DNA from: Escherichia coli
Lineage (GTDB): Bacteria; Pseudomonadota; Gammaproteobacteria; Enterobacterales; Enterobacteriaceae
Reading direction: 5' to 3' (one strand)
Length of the DNA stretch: 64,000 bases
Assembly (NCBI RefSeq): GCF_036507355.1
Contig: NZ_AP027877.1
The position numbers were made by a program, and so were the translations under genes. Positions within the stretch are counted from its first letter, which is position 1, and each line of letters begins with the position of its first letter. A model generated the notes under the pieces. The model did not search any database. It saw only the letters and a program-made list of their open reading frames with translations, and had not been told where the DNA came from. Below are positions 10,265-20,037 of this stretch, in pieces.

Positions 10265-10357
10265 ATGAATGTTTCCAGTAGAACTGTAGTACTGATAAAT
10301 GTCTTTGCTGCTGGTTTGTTTACTCTTATCTCTATGAGATTTGGCTGGTTTATTTGA
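10265..10357 (+). CDS. yncL: small membrane protein (30 aa)
   Basis: Hand-translated: ATG at 10265, MNVSSRTVVLINVFAAGLFTLISMRFGWFI, stop TGA at 10355-10357; AAGGTGG upstream; matches remembered YncL. Confidence 0.7.
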   Translation: MNVSSRTVVLINVFAAGLFTLISMRFGWFI

Positions 10358-10375
10358 TGTAGTGATTTTGCACGC

Positions 10376-10414
10376 AGCACGTACTGTCAGAGAAATCAAC
10401 TCTCTGACAGTACG
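10376..10414. terminator. 13-bp perfect inverted repeat cgtactgtcagag / ctctgacagtacg immediately 3' of yncL
   Basis: Read directly; no strong U-tract, so function uncertain. Confidence 0.35.
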
Positions 10415-10758
10415 CAAGATCTTCTCATACTCTCCAGGTTTACAACATTATCCTTAATATTTACTTCTTTTTGCTGGCATCTACATTGAAATGAGTAGAA
10501 AACATCCCCCTACTGTCGTCTATACAAACAGCTTACTGATTCAAAGGGAATCTTGTTTTCACATTTTTCTATCATGAATACTTTATACGCGCGGGAGTCT
10601 ATAAATGCTTTATACTTTCAAGGAATAACGTAAATATAAAAAGATGGCGTGAAGTATATGCATGGCAGGATGTTTGCAACCTCCTTGATGACGCTGCCCC
10701 ATTGAAATTGCAAACCCCGCCCTGGTTATCTTGCCCATTTATCATGCAAAACAGATAA

Positions 10759-11568
10759 TTATAGGCCTCTGAATACCTCAGAAAGATTGAATTTTTTATA
10801 GTCCCTCTCTTGAATATTTCCATTTGATATCAATCGATTCATCTCTTCAACAAAATAATTTATATCATCACACTTGTTATTATCCGGAAGATCTGAGTAG
10901 TTATAATTCCACCATTTTATTCTCAACAGTTCATCAATAACATTTGAATCAAACCTAAATCTGATTATTTTTGCAGGAACTCCTGCAACTATGGCATATG
11001 GGGGCACATCTTTGGTAACAACGGAATTGGCAGCAATAACAGCACCATCACCTATTGCGATGCCACCTTTCAATACAACATCATTTCCTATCCAGACATC
11101 ATTTCCTATAATCGGATTTTCAGGTTTGGTAATGAATGGTTTCAATGTCCAGCTACGTTCAAACTCACTCATAGCAAACTTATCAAATTCACCGTTATAA
11201 GTCATCATGTGAGTAGTAAAACGATTCAAAGGATGATTTCCACCCATTATTTTTACATTTGATGCAATACTACAAAATCGACCTATACGTATATTCCCTG
11301 AAAAATGACAGGTCGGAAATGAAAAAGCGCCGACACTGGAGAAATTTTTTACAGGCATTGTTGAATATTCTTCAGCAATAACATTATCTTCAATTGTTAT
11401 CTTGTCACCTTTTGAGAAAAGAAATAAATTCCTTTCTTTATACGACTTCTTCCCCTTATGATTTAAAAAGATTTTATTATCCATACAAAACTCAAAGTGT
11501 TTTTTCGTCCATCTGAAGGTAAGGGTTTTATTTTTATCTTCCGTGAATTTGTACAATTGAACTTTCAT
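10759..11568 (-). CDS. hexapeptide-repeat acyltransferase, XAT-like (Vat/CatB-type xenobiotic acetyltransferase family)
   Basis: 269-aa ORF with ATG at 11566-11568; left-handed beta-helix hexapeptide repeats (IGNDVWIGNDVVLKGGIAIGDGAVIAANSVVTKDVPPYAIVAGVPAKIIRFRF) then WW-containing C-terminus (LRIKWWNYNY); strongly AT-rich compared with flanks. Confidence 0.75.
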   Translation of the reverse strand: MKVQLYKFTEDKNKTLTFRWTKKHFEFCMDNKIFLNHKGKKSYKERNLFLFSKGDKITIEDNVIAEEYSTMPVKNFSSVGAFSFPTCHFSGNIRIGRFCSIASNVKIMGGNHPLNRFTTHMMTYNGEFDKFAMSEFERSWTLKPFITKPENPIIGNDVWIGNDVVLKGGIAIGDGAVIAANSVVTKDVPPYAIVAGVPAKIIRFRFDSNVIDELLRIKWWNYNYSDLPDNNKCDDINYFVEEMNRLISNGNIQERDYKKFNLSEVFRGL

Positions 11569-11777
11569 TGTTAATACTTCTACTTATAAATTATTAATTT
11601 AATAACGATACTCTAAAGCCTTATGCTAATCAACTGTGACAGGATGAAAAATCGCCATCAAACATTTAGCCTAATTTTTACGCTAGTTATTAATGTAATC
11701 ATTCTAATACTTAACCGCCATTAAACTCAGAACCTAAAACGATAGTGGCCGTCCTATAACAGCCACTAACATCTAAC

Positions 11778-13202
11778 TTAATGTTTAACCATGACGTGGC
11801 GGACGACGGTGTAATCCTCCAGCCCATAAAGTGACATATCCTTGCCGTAACCAGAAAGTTTCTGCCCACCGTGCGGCATTTCACTTACCAGCATGAAATG
11901 GGTATTGACCCAGGTACAACCATATTGCAGCCGTGCACTGACGCGATGCGCCCTGCCCACATCTTTCGTCCATACCGAAGATGCAAGTCCGTACTGGCTG
12001 TCATTCGCCCAGTTTACCACCTGTTCTTCGTTGTCGAAGAGCGTAACACTCACTACTGGACCAAATACCTCTTTTTGCACGATGGCATCGTCCTGTAATG
12101 CGCCAGCCAGCAGCGTCGGCGCATAGTAATAGCCATTACCCTTGCGCTTTTCACCGCCAGTGATCACTTTGATGTGCCCTGTCGCTTTCGCCTCTTCTAC
12201 TGCCTTGCTGACGCGTTCGAGATGCGCCAGCGAGCTTAAAGGCCCAAGCTCCGTAGACTCGTCATCCGGCGCACCCGATTTTAACGTTGCCACCGCAGCA
12301 CCGAGTTTTTCCACCAGCGTATCGTAAATGCCTTTTTGCGCGTAGATCCGACAGGCCGCAGTACAATCCTGTCCGGCATTGTAATAGCCAAATGTACGTA
12401 CACCTTCGACCACTGCTTCAATATCCGCATCATCAAAAACAATCACTGGCGCTTTGCCACCAAGTTCCATATGAGTATGCTTAATGGAGGGCGCGGTATG
12501 GCTGATGATGTGCTCGCCGGTGGCGATAGAGCCCGTCAGCGACACCATCCGCACTTTGGGATGACCGGTCAGCGGATCGCCCACCGTTTTGCCTCTGCCA
12601 AACAGTACGTTAATCACGCCTGCCGGGAAGATATCTTTCGCCAGCTCTGCCAACTTCAACGCGGTCAGCGGGGTAATTTCTGATGGTTTAAGCACTACGC
12701 AGTTCCCTGCCGCCAGCGCCGGAGCAAGTTTCCACGCTGCCATCATCAGCGGATAATTCCACGGTGCGATAGAAGCCACGACCCCCAACGGATCGCGACG
12801 GATCATCGAAGTATGACCTTCAAGATATTCACCTGCCGCCAGACCATTCAGACAGCGCGCCGCACCCGCGAAAAAGCGAAAAACATCGACAATCGCCGGG
12901 ATTTCATCATTGAACGCACTATGCAGCGGTTTGCCACAATTACGGGACTCCAGTTCGGCAAAAACCTGACCATTTTCTTCGATTACATCAGCCAGTTTCA
13001 GCAGACATTCCGCACGCACTTTCGGCGTGGTTTGCCCCCATTCGGCAAATGCTGCATCTGCCGCGCGCACAGCAGCATCGACCTGCTCTGCGGATGCCTC
13101 GGCAATCTCCAGTAAAACGTCCCCCGTTGCCGGATTATAGACAGGCTGTTTTTCCCCTTCGCCGCTAACCAGTTCTCCGTTAATCAGTAACTTATGTTGC
13201 AT
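11778..13202 (-). CDS. patD: gamma-aminobutyraldehyde dehydrogenase
   Basis: 474-aa [30 protein letters not shown]...; aldehyde dehydrogenase catalytic motifs. Confidence 0.9.
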   Translation of the reverse strand: MQHKLLINGELVSGEGEKQPVYNPATGDVLLEIAEASAEQVDAAVRAADAAFAEWGQTTPKVRAECLLKLADVIEENGQVFAELESRNCGKPLHSAFNDEIPAIVDVFRFFAGAARCLNGLAAGEYLEGHTSMIRRDPLGVVASIAPWNYPLMMAAWKLAPALAAGNCVVLKPSEITPLTALKLAELAKDIFPAGVINVLFGRGKTVGDPLTGHPKVRMVSLTGSIATGEHIISHTAPSIKHTHMELGGKAPVIVFDDADIEAVVEGVRTFGYYNAGQDCTAACRIYAQKGIYDTLVEKLGAAVATLKSGAPDDESTELGPLSSLAHLERVSKAVEEAKATGHIKVITGGEKRKGNGYYYAPTLLAGALQDDAIVQKEVFGPVVSVTLFDNEEQVVNWANDSQYGLASSVWTKDVGRAHRVSARLQYGCTWVNTHFMLVSEMPHGGQKLSGYGKDMSLYGLEDYTVVRHVMVKH

Positions 13203-13223
13203 AGCATATTCCTGTATCAGTGG

Positions 13224-14018
13224 TTATTGACCATTGTCGCCTTCGCGGGTTAGCCACCAGGCCCCCAGGATCGGCAAGGTTGTTACCAACATAACCAGCA
13301 GTGCCACCACGTTAGTTACCGGTACATCACGCGGTCGCCCAAGCTGATTGAGCAACCACAACGGTAACGTTCGTTCATGACCTGCCGTAAAGGTCGTAAC
13401 GATGATTTCATCGAACGACAAGGCAAACGCCAGCATTCCTCCTGCCAGTAACGCCGAACTGAGATTCGGCAACACTACGTAGCGGAAGGTTTGCCAGCCA
13501 TTGGCCCCAAGATCCATTGACGCCTCAACCAGACTCCACGAGGTGCGGCGAAAACGGGCGATGACATTGTTAAACACCACAACTACACAAAAAGTCGCAT
13601 GACCGACCACGATGGTGAAAAATCCCGGCTCCAGATTGATGGTTTTAAAAGCGGTTAATAGCGCCAGACCAGTGACAATGCCCGGCAGCGCAATGGGCAG
13701 CAGCAGTAACAGCGAAATGGCGTTTTTGCCGAAAAAGTCTCGTCGCCACAGCGCGGCAGCTGCAAGCGTCCCTAACACCAGCGCGATTAATGTCGCCAGC
13801 GCCGCCACTTTAAGTGACAGTGTCACGGCATCAAGAATATCACTACGCTGTGCTGCCACGCTAAACCAGCGCAGCGTCAGGCCTTGCGGTGGAAAACTAA
13901 ACGCCGCATCTTCAGTGTTAAACGCATAGGCGGCGATAATCAGGATAGGAAAATGTAGGAAAACTACGCCGCCCCAGGCCGCCAGTTTGAGGAAAAACGG
14001 TGCGCGTTCAGAGTGCAT
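13224..14018 (-). CDS. ydcV: ABC transporter permease
   Basis: 264-aa hydrophobic ORF; part of ydcSTUV cluster. Confidence 0.85.
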
Positions 14019-14949
14019 CGAACGCTCCCAGACGTTTCACGAACGCCAGGTACAGTGCGATGAGAACAATCGGCACAAGGGTGAATGCCGCCGCCATCGG
14101 CATATTGCCAATCGCCCCCTGCTGGGAATAAACCATATTGCCGATAAAATATCCTGGAGGGCCAACCAGTTGCGGGACGATAAAATCACCCAGTGTGAGT
14201 GAGAAGGTAAAGATAGAGCCAGCGGCAATACCCGGGATCGCCAGCGGCAGCACCACATAGCGAAAGGTTTGTCGTGGACGCGCACCGAGATCAGCCGACG
14301 CCTGCAACAATGACGGCGGCAAACGCTCAAGCGCCGCCTGCACGGGCAGGATCATGAACGGCAACCAGATATAGAGAAACACCAGAAAGCGCCCCAGCCC
14401 GGAAGTTGACAGCGTATTGCCGCCCACCGCAGGTAATGTAAGGAACGCAGTCAGCAGTGGTTCCAGCCCAAGATGTTGTAAAAACCACTGCGCCACGCCA
14501 TCTTTTGCCAGCAATAACGTCCAGGCATAGGCTTTAACAATGTAGCTCGCCCACATCGGCAACATTACCGCAATATAAAAAAACGCTTTCATTTTCCCGC
14601 TGGTATAGCGCGCCATATACCACGCCATTGGAAAAGCCAGAATGGCGCTGGCGATAGTGACTGCCACAGCCATAGTCAGCGTGCGGAGAATGATGTCGTA
14701 ATTCGCCGGATTAAACAGCGCACGGATATTCGCCAGCGTCAGTTCCGGCGTTACCGACATGGTGAAATCGTCAAAAGTATAAAATCCCTGCCATAACAGT
14801 GTCAGCAGCGAGCCGAAATAGACAATGCCAAACCACATTAGCGGGCCAAGCAGCAGTAAAAACAGCCCCAGCCCCGGATTACGCCAGAAGAAACCGGACA
14901 CCTTACCCAGACCTGGACGTGAAGGTGATTGCAATACGTTCATCGCCAT
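14008..14949 (-). CDS. ydcU: ABC transporter permease
   Basis: 313-aa hydrophobic ORF; overlaps ydcV start. Confidence 0.85.
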
Positions 14950-15963
14950 TCACCTCTCCTCAACCAGCGGCACCATCACATCACGCGACCAGGAAACCAT
15001 CACCTGTTGTCCGGGCGTGAGCGTGGCAGGCAGTTCTTCGCCTGTCATATTGGCCTGACTCACCAGCAGTTTTTCACCGCCGTTCAGTCTCAGTTCAAAA
15101 CGGGTCGCCGCGCCCTGATATTGCACCGCCTGGATCGTGCCATTAGCCTGCACTTCGCCGGGGGTGTTGAAGCGGATATGTTCCGGTCGCAGGGCGAAGC
15201 TTCCCGTCATGCCGCAAAGATTCTCGGCCATTAGCGGATCAAAAACGTTGGATGTCCCGACGAATCCGGCAACAAACGGCGTGCGCGGGCGCATATAGAG
15301 ATCGCGCGGGGAATCGACCTGCTCAATGCGTCCATTATTGAAAACCGCCACACGATCGGACATCGATAACGCTTCGCCCTGATCGTGGGTAACGAAGATA
15401 AAAGTGATACCGAGAGACTGTTGCAGTTTTTTCAGTTCCAGCTGCATCTGCTCACGCAATTTGAGATCCAGTGCGCCGAGCGGTTCATCCAACAGCAATA
15501 CGCGCGGTTCATTCACCAATGCTCTGGCGATAGCAACCCGCTGGCGCTGACCACCAGAAAGTTGTGACGGTTTACGTTGCTGTACAAACCCCAACGCCAC
15601 TTTCTCCAGCGCCTCTTGCGCCATTGCGTGCCGCTGCTTTTTATTCACGCCTTTGACCATCAGCCCATAGGCGACATTGTCAAGAATCGACATATGCGGA
15701 AATAGCGCGTAGTCCTGAAAGACAGTATTCACGTCCCGCTCCCACGGTGGCAGATTGCTGGCGGGTTTACCAAAGATAGAGATAGCCCCGCCGGAAAGCT
15801 GTTCGAAGCCAGCAATCAGGCGCAGGCAGGTGGTTTTGCCGGAGCCGGACGGCCCCAGCATAGAGAAGAACTCACCATCTTTTATCGCAATACTGACGCC
15901 ATCTACTGCGCGCACGTCACCGTACAACCGCGAGACGTTGTCAAACTCCACTGCGTACGTCAT
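14950..15963 (-). CDS. ydcT: ABC transporter ATP-binding protein
   Basis: 337 aa; Walker A GPSGSGKTT, signature LSGGQRQR, Walker B LLLDEP. Confidence 0.9.
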   Translation of the reverse strand: MTYAVEFDNVSRLYGDVRAVDGVSIAIKDGEFFSMLGPSGSGKTTCLRLIAGFEQLSGGAISIFGKPASNLPPWERDVNTVFQDYALFPHMSILDNVAYGLMVKGVNKKQRHAMAQEALEKVALGFVQQRKPSQLSGGQRQRVAIARALVNEPRVLLLDEPLGALDLKLREQMQLELKKLQQSLGITFIFVTHDQGEALSMSDRVAVFNNGRIEQVDSPRDLYMRPRTPFVAGFVGTSNVFDPLMAENLCGMTGSFALRPEHIRFNTPGEVQANGTIQAVQYQGAATRFELRLNGGEKLLVSQANMTGEELPATLTPGQQVMVSWSRDVMVPLVEER

Positions 15964-15980
15964 AAAGCACCCCAGCGAAG

Positions 15981-17126
15981 TTAGCGACCGCCCATAATGG
16001 CAATGTAATCCTGCGTCCAGCGACTGTAGGGAATAAACTTGCCCCCTTCTGCTATAGGCGTTTTCCAGAAGGCGATTTTGTCGAAATAGTTAAAACCGTT
16101 GGTTTCACAACCTTTTTCGCCTAATAACGGACTGGCTTTACACCCTTGCGGCACTACCGGTAACGAGCCAAACCAGGCCGCCACATCGCCCTGCACTTTT
16201 GGCGTTAATGACCAGTTCATCCATTTGTAGGCGCAAACCGGATGTTTCGCTTCGCTATGCAGCATGGTGGTATCAGCCCAACCGGTAACACCCTCCTTCG
16301 GGAAAACGGTAGCAACAGGCTGGCCTTCGGCTTTCAGGGCGTTGGCCTGATAGGGCCAGGCACTGGAAGCAACCACACCCTCGTTTTTGAAATCGCTCAT
16401 TTGCACGGTAGTGTCATGCCAGTAGCGATGGATCAAACTGTGTTGAGCGCGCAGCACTTTCAGCACCGCCTGGTACTGTTCTTCGGTGAGTTGATACGGA
16501 TCGCTGATGCCCAACTGCGGCTGAGTGGCTTTAACGAACAACGCAGCGTCCGCAATATAGATAGGGCCATCATAAGCCTGAACGCGGCCTTTATTGCTCT
16601 TGCCGTCCGGCAGATTTTGCTCAACAAAAACCACTTGCCAGCTATCCGGCGGCGTCGGGAAGGTTTTAGTGTTGTACATCAGCAGGTTCGGCCCCCATTG
16701 GTAAGGTGTGCCGTAAACTTTGCCGCCAACGTTAAACCAGTCGCCTTTAACCACGCGCGGATCGAGCGTTTTCCAGTTGGGAATCAAGGCGGTATTAATC
16801 GGCTGCACGCGTTTACCCATAATCAAACGCAGCGAGGCATCGCCGGACGCCGTGACCAGATCGTAACCTCCTTTGGTCATCAGGCTGACCATTTCATCGG
16901 AAGTCGCGGCAGTTTTAACATTCACCGCGCAGCCTGTCTCTTTTTCGAACTGCGTTACCCAGTCGTATTGTTTATCAGTTTGTCCGCGTTCGATGTATCC
17001 CGGCCAGGCGATAATATCCAGTCGCCCTTCCGGTTTATCTAAATTGGTAGGCGGTTCGGCGGCGTGAGCGGTCATTATTGTCATGCTGAGCGCACACAGG
17101 CTGCTGCGGGCAAATGTCTTGCTCAT
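15981..17126 (-). CDS. ydcS: periplasmic substrate-binding protein (polyamine-type)
   Basis: 381-aa ORF with signal peptide; first gene of ydcSTUV-patD cluster. Confidence 0.85.
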   Translation of the reverse strand: MSKTFARSSLCALSMTIMTAHAAEPPTNLDKPEGRLDIIAWPGYIERGQTDKQYDWVTQFEKETGCAVNVKTAATSDEMVSLMTKGGYDLVTASGDASLRLIMGKRVQPINTALIPNWKTLDPRVVKGDWFNVGGKVYGTPYQWGPNLLMYNTKTFPTPPDSWQVVFVEQNLPDGKSNKGRVQAYDGPIYIADAALFVKATQPQLGISDPYQLTEEQYQAVLKVLRAQHSLIHRYWHDTTVQMSDFKNEGVVASSAWPYQANALKAEGQPVATVFPKEGVTGWADTTMLHSEAKHPVCAYKWMNWSLTPKVQGDVAAWFGSLPVVPQGCKASPLLGEKGCETNGFNYFDKIAFWKTPIAEGGKFIPYSRWTQDYIAIMGGR

Positions 17127-17370
17127 AAGGTCTTACTCCTGTCGTAATTAATTGTTCAGCCGCCGTGCCGTAAAAATATCTCCTTGTTTAACCATAGACG
17201 GCGGCTTGCAGGCACACCTTCGCCCCTGAGAAAATTTAATCAGGTTGTGAGCTACCGCGCATTATGCCGTCTGTAAGGTTATCTTCTGGAGTATAGACAA
17301 GGAGTTAGGAAATATGACTGCTATTCGAAATTCATATTACCCAACCTAAGAGGAATTAAATTAAACGCTA

Positions 17371-18777
17371 TTACAGCCGTTCTTGAATAAGTTTGCCTAA
17401 TTGTTTTACCGCCTGTTCTTCACGTTCTCCCCACTGCCACGCGGTATTAAAACGAAAAAAACGTGACCAGTTTTCACCGGTAGAAAACATTTTACCCGGC
17501 GCAATACTGATATGATGCGTCAGTGCCGCCAGGCTTAATTCGCCGGCATCTAACGGCTCGGGGAGCTCCAGCCAGAGAAAATAACCGCTGTCATTATGAT
17601 GAATTTTCACTTCCGCAGGCAGATAACGCAGCAGTGCCTGCCAGGCACGTTGTTTACGTTCCGCAAGCTGGCGACGCAGGCGACGAAGATGGGCGTCGTA
17701 TCGGCGCGTGGAAAGGTAATCCACCAGCGCAAGCTGCATCGGTGAGCTGGTGGAAAGCGTACTCATCAACTGCAATCGTTGAATTTTACGTGCATGTTTT
17801 CCGGCGGCGACCCAACCAATACGAAAACCAGGCACCAGACATTTCGAAAACGAAGAGCAATGCAAAACGCCATCGTGGCGATCCCACGCTTTCGCAGGCA
17901 GCGGTTTTTCCCGTCCAAAATAAAGTTCGCTGTAAACGTCATCTTCAATCAGCGTTACGTTGTACTGATTGAGCAACGCCACCAGTTGTGCTTTTTTTTG
18001 CGGCGTTAAGGTAAATCCGAGTGGATTCTGGCTATTAGTCATCAGCCAGCACGCTTTCACCGGATACTCCTGCAACGCCAGTTCCAACGCCTGAAGATCG
18101 ATCCCTTCTTTAACATCCGTCGCCACCGATAACGCCTTCAGCCGTAGCCGCTCCAGCGCCTGCAACGCACCGTAGAAACAAGGATTCTCTACTATCACCC
18201 AATCGCCCGGTTCAGTTACCGCTTGCAAACTGAGGTTTAATGCCTCTAACGCCCCGGCAGTAATGACAATTTCATCAGGAGAAATGGTGATCCCCTGTAA
18301 GGCATAGCGACGAGCAATAGCCTGACGCAGTTCTGCGTTTCCTGGCGGTAAGTTTTCAATCACGCTCATCGCTGTGGCGGTTTTGCTTACCTGCGCCAGC
18401 GAGCGGTTTAGTTGTTGGAGGGGGAAAAGTCGCGGGTCGGGAAAGGCCGAGGCAAACGGAACGACCGACGGATCGCGACTGGCCTGCAACATATCAAAAA
18501 TATAAGTGTTGATATCGACTGCTTCATCTCGAGTGACTGGAATGACTGGCGCTTTCGGCATTTTTATTGCCTGTGGCGCAACGTAATAACCCGACTGCGG
18601 TCGTGCGATAATATATCCCTGACTTTCGAGCAACTGATAGGCATGGCTGACAGTCATAAAGCTCATGCCAGAAAGCGCCACCTGGTCACGCAACGAAGGC
18701 AAACGATCGCCGGGTTGCCAGATACCCGACGCAATCTGCTCGCGTAATTGTTCTGCAAGCTGCTGGTATTTTTTCAT
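17371..18777 (-). CDS. ydcR: MocR-type regulator (GntR HTH fused to PLP aminotransferase-like domain)
   Basis: 468-aa ORF MKKYQQLAEQLREQIASGIWQPGDRLPSLRDQ... Confidence 0.85.
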   Translation of the reverse strand: MKKYQQLAEQLREQIASGIWQPGDRLPSLRDQVALSGMSFMTVSHAYQLLESQGYIIARPQSGYYVAPQAIKMPKAPVIPVTRDEAVDINTYIFDMLQASRDPSVVPFASAFPDPRLFPLQQLNRSLAQVSKTATAMSVIENLPPGNAELRQAIARRYALQGITISPDEIVITAGALEALNLSLQAVTEPGDWVIVENPCFYGALQALERLRLKALSVATDVKEGIDLQALELALQEYPVKACWLMTNSQNPLGFTLTPQKKAQLVALLNQYNVTLIEDDVYSELYFGREKPLPAKAWDRHDGVLHCSSFSKCLVPGFRIGWVAAGKHARKIQRLQLMSTLSTSSPMQLALVDYLSTRRYDAHLRRLRRQLAERKQRAWQALLRYLPAEVKIHHNDSGYFLWLELPEPLDAGELSLAALTHHISIAPGKMFSTGENWSRFFRFNTAWQWGEREEQAVKQLGKLIQERL

Positions 18778-18855
18778 TATCGAATCGTAATTATGTGCAG
18801 ATGATTCGGCAGTCTATATCAGTTGTTAAAAATGACAACTTTTCGTTAACTGTAA

Positions 18856-19293
<438 letters not shown>

Positions 19294-19317
19294 GTCATTA
19301 ACCTTTTTAATTGGCGA

Positions 19318-19494
19318 TTAACTCAAACCGAGTTGTTTCAGGATTGCTTTACGCAATGGTTCTTTAATCTCATCGCAGGGGTGACGCGGCATGACACTGC
19401 GCCTCCCATGAAACCTGAGTTTCAAATGGTTGCTGCCATTCGCTACATCGACGCCCTGAGATTCGAGCCAACGTCTGAACTCGCTTTGTTTCAC
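19318..19494 (-). CDS. hicA: HicA mRNA-interferase toxin
   Basis: Hand-translated 58 aa from GTG: MKQSEFRRWLESQGVDVANGSNHLKLRFHGRRSVMPRHPCDEIKEPLRKAILKQLGLS; directly upstream of hicB. Confidence 0.75.
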   Translation of the reverse strand: MKQSEFRRWLESQGVDVANGSNHLKLRFHGRRSVMPRHPCDEIKEPLRKAILKQLGLS

Positions 19495-19715
19495 ATCGCC
19501 TCCCTGCCGCTGAGTATATCAACAAAGTAAACATTAGTGTTTACCTCCGTGTGTAATTTGCTCGAAAATAGCACTAAATCGCCGCAACGGCAGAATGCAA
19601 TGCAAAATCAGGAAGGAAGATTCCAGAATTTCTTTGCGCTAATTTGCAAAACTGAATAATAACCTCAAGAAACGATCGGCATCATAGCGGCAAAAGGTAA
19701 GAAAAAGGTGGCAGG

Positions 19716-19946
19716 ATGTTTACGAAGGCGTTATCGGTTGTCTTATTAACGTGTGCGCTGTTCTCAGGACAACTCATGGCAGGGCACAAAGGACATGAAT
19801 TTGTGTGGGTAAAGAATGTGGATCATCAGCTGCGTCATGAAGCGGACAGCGATGAATTGCGTGCTGTGGCGGAAGAGTCGGCGGAAGGTTTGCGCGAGCA
19901 TTTTTACTGGCAAAAATCGCGCAAACCAGAAGCGGGACAACGTTGA
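19716..19946 (+). CDS. yncJ: small secreted protein (DUF2554)
   Basis: 76-aa ORF with signal peptide MFTKALSVVLLTCALFSGQLMA. Confidence 0.75.
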   Translation: MFTKALSVVLLTCALFSGQLMAGHKGHEFVWVKNVDHQLRHEADSDELRAVAEESAEGLREHFYWQKSRKPEAGQR

Positions 19947-19956
19947 GTCGTTTGAT

Positions 19957-19987
19957 GCCGGATGCGGCGTGACGCCTTACCCGGCAG
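19957..19987. repeat. REP (repetitive extragenic palindrome) element
   Basis: gccggatgcggcgtgacgccttacccggcagg matches the E. coli REP consensus; between yncJ and rlhA. Confidence 0.7.
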
Positions 19988-20037
19988 GCAATATCATGCA
20001 GATTCAATGAGTGGTGAGTAACCAGAAAACTGGCGTT

